DNA of 64,000 bases, from the NCBI GenBank assembly GCA_026936335.1, contig JAPMXV010000053.1:186001-250000 (forward strand). The letters run 5' to 3'. This DNA is from Mantamonas sphyraenae STR306 (lineage: Eukaryota > Protista > CRuMs). Positions 34,801-44,892 of this stretch are shown here, one piece after another. The position numbers and the translations under genes were made by a program. Below the pieces are notes generated by a model that was not told the DNA's origin, ran no database searches, and saw only the letters and a list, made by a program, of their open reading frames with translations. The number at the start of each line of letters is the position of its first letter. Within the stretch, counting starts at the first letter, position 1.

Positions 34801-37095
34801 CACCGATGCGAGCTCCCGCCACTTCCACCCGCCACAGCTGTGGAGTGGGCGTATTCGGGTTCCCAAATGTATCTACATCCCATGTTTCCTGGGTGTAGGC
34901 CACAAGAAGGGTGCGGCGACTGGCGGACCAAGCAATTGGCCGTTTGCCGAATCCAGCCGAGTTGCGATCGGGAATTTGATCTCCGGGCATCTGGCCAAGG
35001 TTGCCCGTGACATAGGGGTCCAACGTGGTCGTGTTGTACAGGACAATGCGGCGGTTTCCTCGGTCCTGGATGACCAGGAGGCCGTCGGGACCCATCTGGA
35101 CGCCTGAAGGGAACTGCAATTCGGTCAATGCAGTGCCGGAGGAGCCAAACACCTTTTCCTGGGCAAAGTTGAGGGTGCTTCGTACACGAACAAACGCATT
35201 GGGGTCAGCGGCGTGCAAGATGAAGAGACGATTGGTTGCACCGTCCACCTCAAAGTCGAGTAGAAAGCCGTCGTCGATTGCGGATCCATCTGACGTCTCC
35301 AGATACTTGGATTCGGTAAGGTTGGAGAGGTGGACACGTGTCATGGGCATGTTGATGGAGATCGGATGTTCTTGTGGGACTGAGCCCAGGACGCCAGCAA
35401 ATGCCACCCAGAGGGTTTGGTGCTCGTTGTCCAGCTTCATGTTGACAATGACGGTGCTGGAGTCGGTGGCATTGACGGTGAACGTGCGAATGACATTGCC
35501 ATTCAGATCAATTTCGGCCACCTCATTTGTGTACCGCTTGAGAAGCGTGAAGAGATTGCCCGTGGTTGGATTGTACGCAGAACCGAAGCTTCGTGACCAG
35601 TAGGCACCGCGAAGGACGTACATCCACCAAGGCCGGGTGAGATCCGCGACCAGGGGTTGGTAGTTGAGTTGGCGTCGGAGCAACGTGCGTTGGTAGGTGC
35701 CGTTCCACGAATAGACGGTGATGTTGGATGCGTTGTCAACCAGCACAGTGTCATTGTCGACAACGACAAGAGTCTGCACATCTCGGATGTTGTCGATGTT
35801 CGCACTGCCGTAGGGTGTGGTCCAGTTGGTGAGTGGGGTCTCGGTCAGCGTGATGGGTGATGCATGTTGGCAGGCGGTACCCCAGAAGCCTGAATTGCAA
35901 TCACAGGTTCCTGGACTGCCAATGCCACTGCGGCATGTGCCGTGGCCATTGCACGGGTTGGCTGCGCCACCGGGGCATTCGTTTTGGCACGAGACGTTGC
36001 CTTCGGGTCCGTAGTAGCCCGGTTTGCATTCACGCTGCAGAATCTTAACCTGGCGGTTGTCTTGGTCGGCGATGTACAGGTTTCCACGCGAGTCGACGTC
36101 GAGAGCAGTGATGTGCAGAACACCACCGCGCTGGGCGCCTCGCGTGAGGGAGAACGTGGCCTCCAGCTGGCCATCCACAGTGTAGCGGCGGACGATGGCA
36201 AAGATGGAGTCGGCCACATACACAGTGCCGTAGCGTTCGTCGACTGCCACATGCGGTGCCCATGTGCTTGCAGTGGGCACCGACGTGCTCCACAACGGCG
36301 TCGTCTGTGTGAGGTTGTATGCACGCAGGAAGTGGTTGTTTGCGCTTGTCTCCACCAAAGCGTACATGCGGTTGCGGGTGCAGTCGAAGCCGATGCTATC
36401 ATAGTGCGGATACGTCACCGCAGAAGGATTCACCGGGGTGAAATCGGCATTCGTTTGGTACGTAGCAGTGTTTGTGAAGTTTGTGGTGTCGAACCACTGC
36501 ACAGGGGGTGTGAACCGTCATGCAATGGTGTCGTACAGGCAGTGGAGGGTGTTTTGTGCACATTAAAAGTCAAGATGCAGTGTGAGGGCCAGGTCCGGGG
36601 AAGGCGCGAAAAAGAAAAAGCGTGATGCGCGTTCGCAAAAGCTTCCACGAGTTCCCGTCCACTTACGTGCACAGTTCCCGCTGCGACCAGATAGAGACTG
36701 CCCTGACACACCGCAACTATGCTGTGACCTGACTCGGATGTTTCCGGGGTTGTCTTGACACCATTTGCATTGACGGCAAAGATATTTGGGCCGGCAGTGC
36801 CAAACGAGTTTGTCGTTCCGACATTTGGAAACAATTCGACAGTGGCGTCGGTGACCTCGACAAAGTTGCTGGATGCACTGACGGGGATGCGAACGCCCTT
36901 GTTATCCATGAGGGTGATAACATTGGAAGTCTTGTCCACGTGAAGGAGCCTTGGTTGGGTAAAGTCCCTGTTGCCGACCGTTCCCTTCAGGCGTGTTCCG
37001 TAGACCTGCGTCACCGTGTACTGCTCGTTCACGGTTGCATGGATGGCAGGCACGAGAAGAACAGCAACAAAGAAGAGGATCGTCGCAGACTGCAT
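31871..37095 (-). CDS. Secretory-pathway receptor-like protein (1684 aa): signal peptide, NHL/beta-propeller regions, EGF-like domains, Cys-rich GCC2/GCC3-type repeats, C-terminal multipass membrane domain
   Basis: Exons 37095-36667 and 36496-31871. Signal MQSATILFFVAVLLVPAIHA; DVDSRGNLYIADQDNRQV; CNGHGTC; about 14 C..C.AG.F repeats; GHTGPLC..C; YLQL; FLYDGF....YYWEVV...RK; acidic tail. Confidence 0.88.
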
Positions 37096-37143
37096 TTTGG
37101 GGTTGGGGGGTTGGGTTGGTGGTAGGGTCGCAGTGCATCGGGT

Positions 37144-40100
37144 TCACCTCTGTGCAGTGCTGCTACCGGTCTCATCTGTGCCTGTGTTGCTTCCAAACTT
37201 GCTGCCTGTGCTTGACTTGCTTCCAAACTTGCTGCCTGTGCTTGAATTGCTTCCAAACTTGCTGCCTGTGCCTGACCTGCTTCCAAACTTGCTCCCTGTG
37301 CCCGATTTGCTTCCAAACTTGCTGCCTGTGCTTGACTTGCTTCCAAACTTGCTGCCTGTGCCTGACCTGCTTCCAAAGCTGCTGCCTGTGCTTGATTTGA
37401 GTCCCAAGCCGCTGCCTCCAAGTGTGTCGAGTCCCACCGCGGCAGCGCGACCAAATCCCCATGTCTTCTTGCCACTCTTGTCGCTCGGTGGTTCCTCCAC
37501 CACACCTTTTCTCTCGGGAATGGAAGCCCACACGTCATCATGATCTTCTGCCAACCACCGGAGCACCCTGTCCAACACCTCGTCGGGCATCGTCCACCAC
37601 TGCGCACTGGCTTCGTACGCCTCCATCCCACCTGCCTCAAACATCACCTCCCTCTCCTCCATATTCATGCTCACCACGGTCTCGATCTGCTTGTCCAGTC
37701 CCTCTGGGAACAGATGATGCTGTGCCTTCGCCCATGGGATCAATGCACGCCTCATCACCGGAGCCTGGTTCTGCCGTGTTCCTGTGCTGGAGACCTCAAA
37801 CATATGGGACCTGATCCAGTTGTCATTCATCCCAATCTTCACTAGATTTTCGTATCCGTGGATGTTGTTTGCGAGCAGAATCGTTCGATTCATCTGGGCA
37901 CGCTGGTGCAGGAAATCCGCAGCAGAAGACATGTCTGTGCCCATCTCGAGCATGACGCGCACTGCATGCTCAACGTTTCCCTTCAGTGCCCGTGAAAGTC
38001 CAGTGTGTCCGTTGCCGTCGTCCAGGAGCGGGTCGGCACCGTTGCGCAGGAGAAGCGCCGCAATCTCTTCGTCCAACACAAACAGCGTGATCGGCAACAA
38101 GGAATAGAACTCACCAGGTGGTCGAAACTGGGTGTTGATCCTCGCATCAGCACCTGCGCGCAGCAGTCTTTGAACTTCCGCCACGCCCCAGGTCTTCTCT
38201 TCCTTCACGCACCACCAAGGCACCCAAGTCGGCATATCTTCGTCTATACGCGCCCCATGGTCAAGCATCAGCGCCACAACCTCCCAGTTTCGGCGTGGCG
38301 AGGTCAGCGCGACCATGAGCGGTGTTCGGAGAGTCCCACCACGGGACATGGTGGCCGCGACCTTTGTGCTCGCCCCCGCCTCCAGAAGCCTCCTGACCAA
38401 GTCACTGCTGCGCATGGTAACGGCGAGATGGAGTGCAGTGGTTCCAAAGATCTTGTGCGCCATGTTGGGATTCGCTCCGTGGTCCAGCAGCTGTTGGACA
38501 AGCTGCACGCCAGCTGCAACCATGTCATGGTTGTGTCTCGAGTTCAACGTCACAATGGTGTTCAAAATCGCCACAAGGAACGGGGTACGGTCTGCAAACC
38601 TGCAATCGGGATCCAATCCACGCTCAAGCAAGTCTGGGAGCAACTCTGTGTCCTGCAGCATTGCCATGATCAAGTTTGTCAGCGTTTTGTTGCTCTCCTT
38701 GATATTAGAGATGTCGCCCAGCACAAAAGGGTCGGCTCCGGCGCGAAGAAGCGCGGCAATGTGCTCGAATGAGCCGTTCTCCTCGATGTGCCCCTCGCAC
38801 GCGAAGTGCAGTGGCGACTTCCCCCACGCGTCCAAAAGAGAAGGATTGGCACCTGCGTCAAGTAGTTCCAGCACACAAGCAATTTGCACTGGCTTGTTGG
38901 ACAGTGCCAATTGCAAAGCCGTGCGTCGCTTCCCGTTGACGGCATCCAGATCATCGTTGTCGCCAGCGCCTGCTTTCAACAGCGCCCGCACATTCTCCAC
39001 AGGTCCATACGACGCTGCATAGTGCAGCGGCAAGAACCCCTGCCCATTCACCACGTGCACATCAGCCCCCGCTGCCAGCAGAATCCTCACAGACTCCACG
39101 TGCTTCTCCACCAGCGCCGGTATCAGCGGCGTGTCCCCATGCTTGCTCACCGCATTCACATCCACATCTGCACGTTCCATCAGCCACATCAGACACGCGT
39201 ACGACCCCTTGCTTGCGTGGTGTGCCATCGTCAGTCCCGCCTCTGTCACGTGTGTCAGACTCGCCCCTGCCTCGTGCAGCATCTCCACACACTCCAAGTG
39301 GCCGTTGCGCATCGCACATCCCATGGCAGACATGTTGCTGTCGTTCCTCCAGTCTGCCTTTGCCCCCGCATCCAACAGCACCCTCAACGTCTCCACAGCT
39401 CCCGCGTCCGCTGCATACATGACCAGTGAGTCACCTCCATCCAGTCGCCTGTTCACATCTGCCGCCCCAGCTTCAATCAGCACTGCCACCATCTCTGCAT
39501 CGTTCGTCTGCACTGCCACCAACTCCAACGGTGCCACGCCCTCCGATGAACGCTTTGTGATGCACCCATGGCCCAACAGACACTTCACTATGTCTGTGTG
39601 GCCCATGTGCACCGCATGCTCCACTGCACGCATGCCCAGGTCGCTGGCGTTCACGTCGGCGCCGTGCTCAAGCAGAAGCTGCACCAGCTCGGTCTCGCCA
39701 GCCACCACAGCTCCCACCAGCAGCCTCCCCATCTCCTCAATGTCCACCATATCATCCTGCTGCAGCATGGACACGGCTGCGGCAATGTTGCGGGCGGTGA
39801 TGGCGTTTGTCAAGGAAAGCTCAGCTTTCGCGTGGACAGCCTCCTGGGCAGCTGCCAGCATGGCCTGGACAAACTCTGTGTCCATGTTCTTGCTTGCGTA
39901 CGGTTCCATACGCACCCAATCACACCTCGAATCCATGTCAAGAACCCTCGCATCGAACAATTGCTTTCTCAGCGGGAACCCTGAGCTGGGACGTTCGCAC
40001 GGCGCCAGAACAGCAAGGACATCGGTGGCCACTCTCCGCCGCACTGATTGTCCTTCTTCGACGCTAATGGGCCAATGAACCGGCACAACCGTGCATGCAA

Positions 40101-40404
40101 ACATGGCGGGCTGCGCTGGAGGCTTCCGCTGGACGAACCCAGTGTCCTTGTCGTCCTTCTTCACCCAAACGCGCATGTTGTCACCGTTCCAGACCACGTA
40201 CTGCCCTGCCAACATCTTGTGCTTTGTTTCCTTGGGCAGAAGTCTGGAGGACCTTGAGGGGACCGTGGGGGGCCGCCCGAACTCAAACATCGTCACTGTT
40301 GTGGCTTCCCCGAGCAGGAATGCAATGGATTGCAACAGCTCGTCCCACCTCCATTTTGTCATGGAATCTGCACGCATGACGTGAATGTTCATGGGACTTG
40401 TCAT
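37144..40404 (-). CDS. Ankyrin-repeat protein, paralogue A (1086 aa), with C-terminal F-box/PRANC-like motif and FG-like repeat tail
   Basis: ATG 40404 chosen by alignment with the paralogues. Many ANK repeats (GDTPLI.A, GFLPLHYAA, GTTALHLAV) and WWTMPDEVLDRVLRWLA. Confidence 0.88.
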   Translation of the reverse strand: MTSPMNIHVMRADSMTKWRWDELLQSIAFLLGEATTVTMFEFGRPPTVPSRSSRLLPKETKHKMLAGQYVVWNGDNMRVWVKKDDKDTGFVQRKPPAQPAMFACTVVPVHWPISVEEGQSVRRRVATDVLAVLAPCERPSSGFPLRKQLFDARVLDMDSRCDWVRMEPYASKNMDTEFVQAMLAAAQEAVHAKAELSLTNAITARNIAAAVSMLQQDDMVDIEEMGRLLVGAVVAGETELVQLLLEHGADVNASDLGMRAVEHAVHMGHTDIVKCLLGHGCITKRSSEGVAPLELVAVQTNDAEMVAVLIEAGAADVNRRLDGGDSLVMYAADAGAVETLRVLLDAGAKADWRNDSNMSAMGCAMRNGHLECVEMLHEAGASLTHVTEAGLTMAHHASKGSYACLMWLMERADVDVNAVSKHGDTPLIPALVEKHVESVRILLAAGADVHVVNGQGFLPLHYAASYGPVENVRALLKAGAGDNDDLDAVNGKRRTALQLALSNKPVQIACVLELLDAGANPSLLDAWGKSPLHFACEGHIEENGSFEHIAALLRAGADPFVLGDISNIKESNKTLTNLIMAMLQDTELLPDLLERGLDPDCRFADRTPFLVAILNTIVTLNSRHNHDMVAAGVQLVQQLLDHGANPNMAHKIFGTTALHLAVTMRSSDLVRRLLEAGASTKVAATMSRGGTLRTPLMVALTSPRRNWEVVALMLDHGARIDEDMPTWVPWWCVKEEKTWGVAEVQRLLRAGADARINTQFRPPGEFYSLLPITLFVLDEEIAALLLRNGADPLLDDGNGHTGLSRALKGNVEHAVRVMLEMGTDMSSAADFLHQRAQMNRTILLANNIHGYENLVKIGMNDNWIRSHMFEVSSTGTRQNQAPVMRRALIPWAKAQHHLFPEGLDKQIETVVSMNMEEREVMFEAGGMEAYEASAQWWTMPDEVLDRVLRWLAEDHDDVWASIPERKGVVEEPPSDKSGKKTWGFGRAAAVGLDTLGGSGLGLKSSTGSSFGSRSGTGSKFGSKSSTGSKFGSKSGTGSKFGSRSGTGSKFGSNSSTGSKFGSKSSTGSKFGSNTGTDETGSSTAQR
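37188..37397. repeat. 30-bp coding minisatellite, 7 copies (peptide S[S/G]TGSKFGSx)
   Basis: The unit tgcttccaaacttgctgcctgtgc plus 6 variable nt recurs at 37188, 37218, 37248, 37278, 37308, 37338 and 37368. Confidence 0.95.
38955..39904. repeat. About 950-bp near-identical duplicate, copy 1 (copy 2 at 43404-44351)
   Basis: Direct comparison shows roughly ten substitutions clustered in the left ~290 bp, a 2-nt deletion in copy 2, and otherwise identity. Confidence 0.95.
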
Positions 40405-40440
40405 TGTGTGCTTCCACCACTCGTGTGGGTGCGCTTGCGC
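40394..40440. repeat. 47-bp perfect direct repeat, copy 1 (extends imperfectly 40381-40447)
   Basis: ggacttgtcattgtgtgcttccaccactcgtgtgggtgcgcttgcgc is identical to 41724-41770. Confidence 0.95.
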
Positions 40441-40583
40441 TTGTCCCAAACTCGTTGCCCCCGTCGTCGCAGCTGGACGATTGATGGCATGCTGGTGATG
40501 TGGACGTCTTGGTGCACATGCGGGGCTGTTGTGTGCTTTGATTTGGTGGTGTGGGCGTGTGCGTCTTTTTGACTCACATCGGA

Positions 40584-40613
40584 TGACGTCAACTTGGGGC
40601 GCCGCTGACGTCA
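40584..40613. promoter_or_regulatory. Pair of CRE/ATF palindromes (TGACGTCA) in the divergent promoter between ankyrin gene A and the orphan ORF
   Basis: TGACGTCA at 40584-40591 and 40606-40613 (22-bp period). Confidence 0.45.
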
Positions 40614-40699
40614 ATCGCGCCCGGGCGGCCCCAGATGCCCCAACGAAATGCCGCCCAAATCCAGATGCGCCCACACATGCAACCGTACCTTGATTGGTG

Positions 40700-41692
40700 A
40701 TGCAGCAGCGATTGCGGCAAGCCCGGCAGTCCTGCATGCAGGCGCCGCTGTGTGCGGTTGTGTCGGCGGCGGCAATCGTTGTCATGGCGCTGGGAAACTG
40801 GTGGATGGTGCTGACGGTGCAGAGACACTCCCATCGCACACATGTGCTGCCCCGTCTTCTGCGGACGGTGGAGGTGCACGAGCTGTGGCTCAATCGCATC
40901 GACCGCGAACTCGCGGATCATAGCCGGAGAATCTCGTCAGCCACGTATCAGCAGCAAAGGTACGCGGGTTGGAGTGCACCGCAGGTGCATGCCCTGCAAC
41001 GTCAGGTGCGCGAGCTTTCGCATGAGCTGCAGGATTTGCGCGCGGACATCCAGTTTGGCCATCTCAAAGGTTGCCCCAAGGAGCCCAGGACAAGGACCAA
41101 GACCATGAGAGGGATCCCGCGGTCCTCGGAATCCACATCCAATGCTGAGCCACCGCTACGCATGTTGGCACCATCGACACAGGGGTTGCCCCCAGGGCAC
41201 AAACCGCTGTTGCTGGCGACCAGGCAGGCGGGACCAGCCATGACCCCGGACATCAAAGACGGGGTCATTGTGGCGTTGTGTGCTCGCGGGAAGGAGGAGG
41301 CGACTCGGCGGGTGAACAGCTTGCGCGCGTGGGAGCGCAACGACTTTGTACAGCACATGCGCATGCAGTGTCGCATGCTGGATGAGGACAAGGTGGATGT
41401 GGGACTGCGTGAACGCGCGTGTCGGTTGCTGCGGTGGCTGCATGAAGAGGACCTCTCGGCGTTGGTGGAGCACTGTGAGGCAGAACTTGCTGCCGGGCAG
41501 AAAAAGGACGTGATTGAGCAGCTGGAGCAGCAGCTGTTGATCTCTGACGAGAGCGAGCGCAGGGGAAGGGTGTGGGAGAGCATGTTGGCGGTGTTGGAGC
41601 GTGCTCTGAGAGCAGATGGGAGTGTGCAGCGAGCCAACGAGATCTCGGAGATCCGGCGTGATCCAAAGGATTGCGAGTGTCGATGCAGGTGA
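40700..41692 (+). CDS. Orphan protein (~330 aa) with an N-terminal hydrophobic helix and coiled-coil/helical regions
   Basis: Uninterrupted ORF, LCAVVSAAAIVVMALGNWWMVL hydrophobic stretch, heptads LQRQVRELSHELQDL. No recognisable family. Confidence 0.6.
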   Translation: MQQRLRQARQSCMQAPLCAVVSAAAIVVMALGNWWMVLTVQRHSHRTHVLPRLLRTVEVHELWLNRIDRELADHSRRISSATYQQQRYAGWSAPQVHALQRQVRELSHELQDLRADIQFGHLKGCPKEPRTRTKTMRGIPRSSESTSNAEPPLRMLAPSTQGLPPGHKPLLLATRQAGPAMTPDIKDGVIVALCARGKEEATRRVNSLRAWERNDFVQHMRMQCRMLDEDKVDVGLRERACRLLRWLHEEDLSALVEHCEAELAAGQKKDVIEQLEQQLLISDESERRGRVWESMLAVLERALRADGSVQRANEISEIRRDPKDCECRCR

Positions 41693-41723
41693 CGGGTGGC
41701 GGATACAGTGCTGTGAATTCATT

Positions 41724-41770
41724 GGACTTGTCATTGTGTGCTTCCACCACTCGTGTGGGTGCGCTTGCGC
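41724..41770. repeat. 47-bp perfect direct repeat, copy 2 (extends imperfectly 41713-41778)
   Basis: Identical to 40394-40440; contains the stop codon of ankyrin gene B. Confidence 0.95.
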
Positions 41771-44700
41771 ATTGTCCCGCGCCTGAGTCCGATCCGCTGC
41801 CCGATTCCCACTCCACTCGCGCGTGCGGCGTTGGAGGACCGTGAAAACAGCGACGATCCGTGGGTTCCCCTTCCCCTTCCACCTCCACCGAACAGAGATG
41901 CCCCCTTCTCAGCTGACGTGCGCCCGCCCCATCGAGAGGACAAACTCGCCGATCTGGCCTTCAGTGAAGCCCACATGTCATCATGATCCTCTGCCAACCA
42001 CCGCATCACCCTCTCCAACACCTCTTCGGGCATCGTCACCCACCCTTCCCACCCTCCCTCCTCCACATACTCCTCCATCCCACCTGCCTCAAACATCACC
42101 TCCCTCTCCTCACTGTTCATGCACACTACTGTCTCGATCTGCTTGTCCAGCCCCCCTGGGAACAGATGATGGTGTGCCTTTGCCCATGGGATCAATGCAC
42201 GCTGCACTTGCTCTCCATACCCGTGGTCCCGCGCCCACATCGCAGCTGCTGAATCTGATGAATACATGTTTGTCTTGATCCACGTCTCATCAAAGCCCAA
42301 GGCAATCAATTCCTCGTACATGTGGATGCGATTCGCCACAAGCACCGCCCTGTTCACCCGGTCCTTGTCCTCCAGGTACTCTGCAGCACAGGACATGTCC
42401 GTGCCCATCTCAAGCATGGTACGCACCGAAAGCTCAAAGTTCCTTTGCAAAGCATGTTTCAAGCCGTCCATGCCGGAAGGGGATCGGTGCAGCGGGTCCG
42501 CTCCGCAGCGCAGCAGTTTCGTCATTGATTGGTCGTCCTTCACCTGTGTCAGGACCACCCTTGAGTCCCGTTCGACGGGTGCTTTGTACTCCACATTGAC
42601 AAAAGCATCCGCGCCAGCGCGCAGCATTCTGTCAAGCAGTGATTGGTCTTGCAGCCCAACTGCCAAAGCAAAGCTCCACACCCTGAACAGAGCAATTGTG
42701 TCGTCCAAACGCACGCCATGGTCCAAGAGCAGCATTACAACCTTGCTGTTGTTGTAGGCCCACATGGCTGCGCAGAGTGGACTACGCTGAAATCGGTCCG
42801 CCGTGTCCTCTGTCTCCAGTGCCTGTGTGTCTGCACCCGCGTCCAGCAGGAGTTGGACGAGTGGCACGTTTCTTTTCAGGACGGCTACGTGGAGAGCTGT
42901 TGTCCCAAACTCCTCGTTTGCCAGGTTCACATCAGCCCCGAACGCAAGCAGCGTTTCGATTGCTGCCATCCCTTCCAGTCGCCCATCGACCAGCTCCTGA
43001 TCATCTTCGGCCAAGTGGTCGATCAAAACCACGAGCAGCGGGCTTCCATCTGCAAACTTCCCGTTTGGATCCATGCCACGTTCCAGCAGAGTGCTCAGCA
43101 ACGTTCCGTCGTTCCCCAACAGGTGGCGAGCCACGTCTGCACGTGACCTCCTGCGTGCATCCAAGTTCCTTCCAGAGCCCGCCACAAATGGGTTGGCTCC
43201 ATGTTGGAGCAGTGTCTCGAGCAGACCGCGCGTGCGTCTGAATTGACGACCGAGGACCAGACCCTCCAACGGCGTTCGGCCTTTGCTGTCCAGCGCATTT
43301 GGATTTGCACCTGCGCCCAGCAATTCCACAAGAACATCTACGTGGCCATTTGTCACTGCCAGATGCACAGGCGACAATGCGTCGACGTTCTCAATTGAAT
43401 TGACGTTGTCGCCAGCGCCTGCATCCAACAGCGCCCGCACATTCTCCACCGGTCCAAACGACGCTGCATAGTGCAGCGGCAAGAACCCCTGCCCATTCAC
43501 CACGTGCACATCAGCACCCGCTGCCAGCAGAAGCCTCACAGACTCCACGTGTTTCTCCACCAGCGCTGGTATCAGCGGCGTGTCCCCATGCTTGCTCACC
43601 GCATTCACATCCACATCTGCACGTTCCATCAGCCACATCAGACATGCGTACGACCCCTTGCTTGCGTGGTGTGCCATCGTCTGTCCCGCCTCTGTCACGT
43701 GTGTCAGACTCGCCCCTGCCTCGTGCAGCATCTCCACACACTCCAAGTGGCCGTTGCGCATCGCACATCCCATGGCAGACATGTTGCTGTCGTTCCTCCA
43801 GTCTGCCTTTGCCCCCGCATCCAACAGCACCCTCAACGTCTCCACAGCTCCCGCGTCCGCTGCATACATGACCAGTGAGTCACCTCCATCCAGTCGCCTG
43901 TTCACATCTGCCGCCCCAGCTTCAATCAGCACTGCCACCATCTCTGCATCGTTCGTCTGCACTGCCACCAACTCCAACGGTGCCACGCCCTCCGATGAAC
44001 GCTTTGTGATGCACCCATGGCCCAACAGACACTTCACTATGTCTGTGTGGCCCATGTGCACCGCATGCTCCACTGCACGCATGCCCAGGTCGCTGGCGTT
44101 CACGTCGGCGCCGTGCTCAAGCAGAAGCTGCACCAGCTCGGTCTCGCCAGCCACCACAGCTCCCACCAGCAGCCTCCCCATCTCCTCAATGTCCACCATC
44201 ATCCTGCTGCAGCATGGACACGGCTGCGGCAATGTTGCGGGCGGTGATGGCGTTTGTCAAGGAAAGCTCAGCTTTCGCGTGGACAGCCTCCTGGGCAGCT
44301 GCCAGCATGGCCTGGACAAACTCTGTGTCCATGTTCTTGCTTGCGTACGGTACCACACACGCCCAATCACCATTTGAAACCTTGTCAAACTCCCTTGGAT
44401 CACCCTGTCTCTCGCCCCCCCAGTTCCCGTGGTGAACCTGGGCTTGCCTGAACGGTGCCAGGACGACTGTGGAAGACACGGGCGCCAAACTGCGCTCCAG
44501 CATCGACTCAAAGGCATCGTCGGATATGACGGTGAACACAGGCACAACGACACACGCAAACATGGCAGCACAGGGAGGCAGCCTGGTTGTGCGCTCGTGA
44601 ATCCGTGCCTGCGTCCCTTCCATCAACCACAAACGCACCTCTCCAACCGTCCACACCTGGAAATACATTTGATCGACGGCTCCTTGTTGTCTCCGCTTTG

Positions 44701-44872
44701 GTTTCCTGTCTGCTTTTGTGAACAGGATTTTTTGGCTGGGATTCTGGGGAACATACTCGACACAGACCTGCTCCTTCGTGCCCAGTTCCGCAAGGGTCTC
44801 CTCCAGTGTCACCCATTGGGATGCTCCTATAGCGTTCACTCTCTGGAGGAGGATGTTGACTCGCGAAGTCAT
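41731..44872 (-). pseudogene. Ankyrin-repeat paralogue B, frameshifted or split at about 44199 (ORFs 44872-44186 and 44202-41731)
   Basis: 2-nt deletion relative to paralogue A (CAG GAT GAT ATG GTG versus CAG GAT GAT GGT GGA CAT TGA). Both halves are otherwise open; C-terminal WVTMPEEVLERVMRWLA. Confidence 0.75.
43404..44351. repeat. About 950-bp near-identical duplicate, copy 2
   Basis: Matches 38955-39904. Confidence 0.95.
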
Positions 44873-44892
44873 GAAAAGCCACAAGGTTGGCT

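Noticed and set aside
37188-37397. CRISPR-like array (24-nt constant plus variable part)
   Set aside because: The variable parts are only 6 nt and mutually similar, the period is an in-frame 30 nt inside a CDS, there are no cas genes, and the context is eukaryotic.
40405-40899. 165-aa N-terminal extension of ankyrin gene A in the ORF track
   Set aside because: It has no counterpart in the paralogues, runs through the promoter-like segment and overlaps the opposite-strand ORF. ATG 40404 aligns with the family start.
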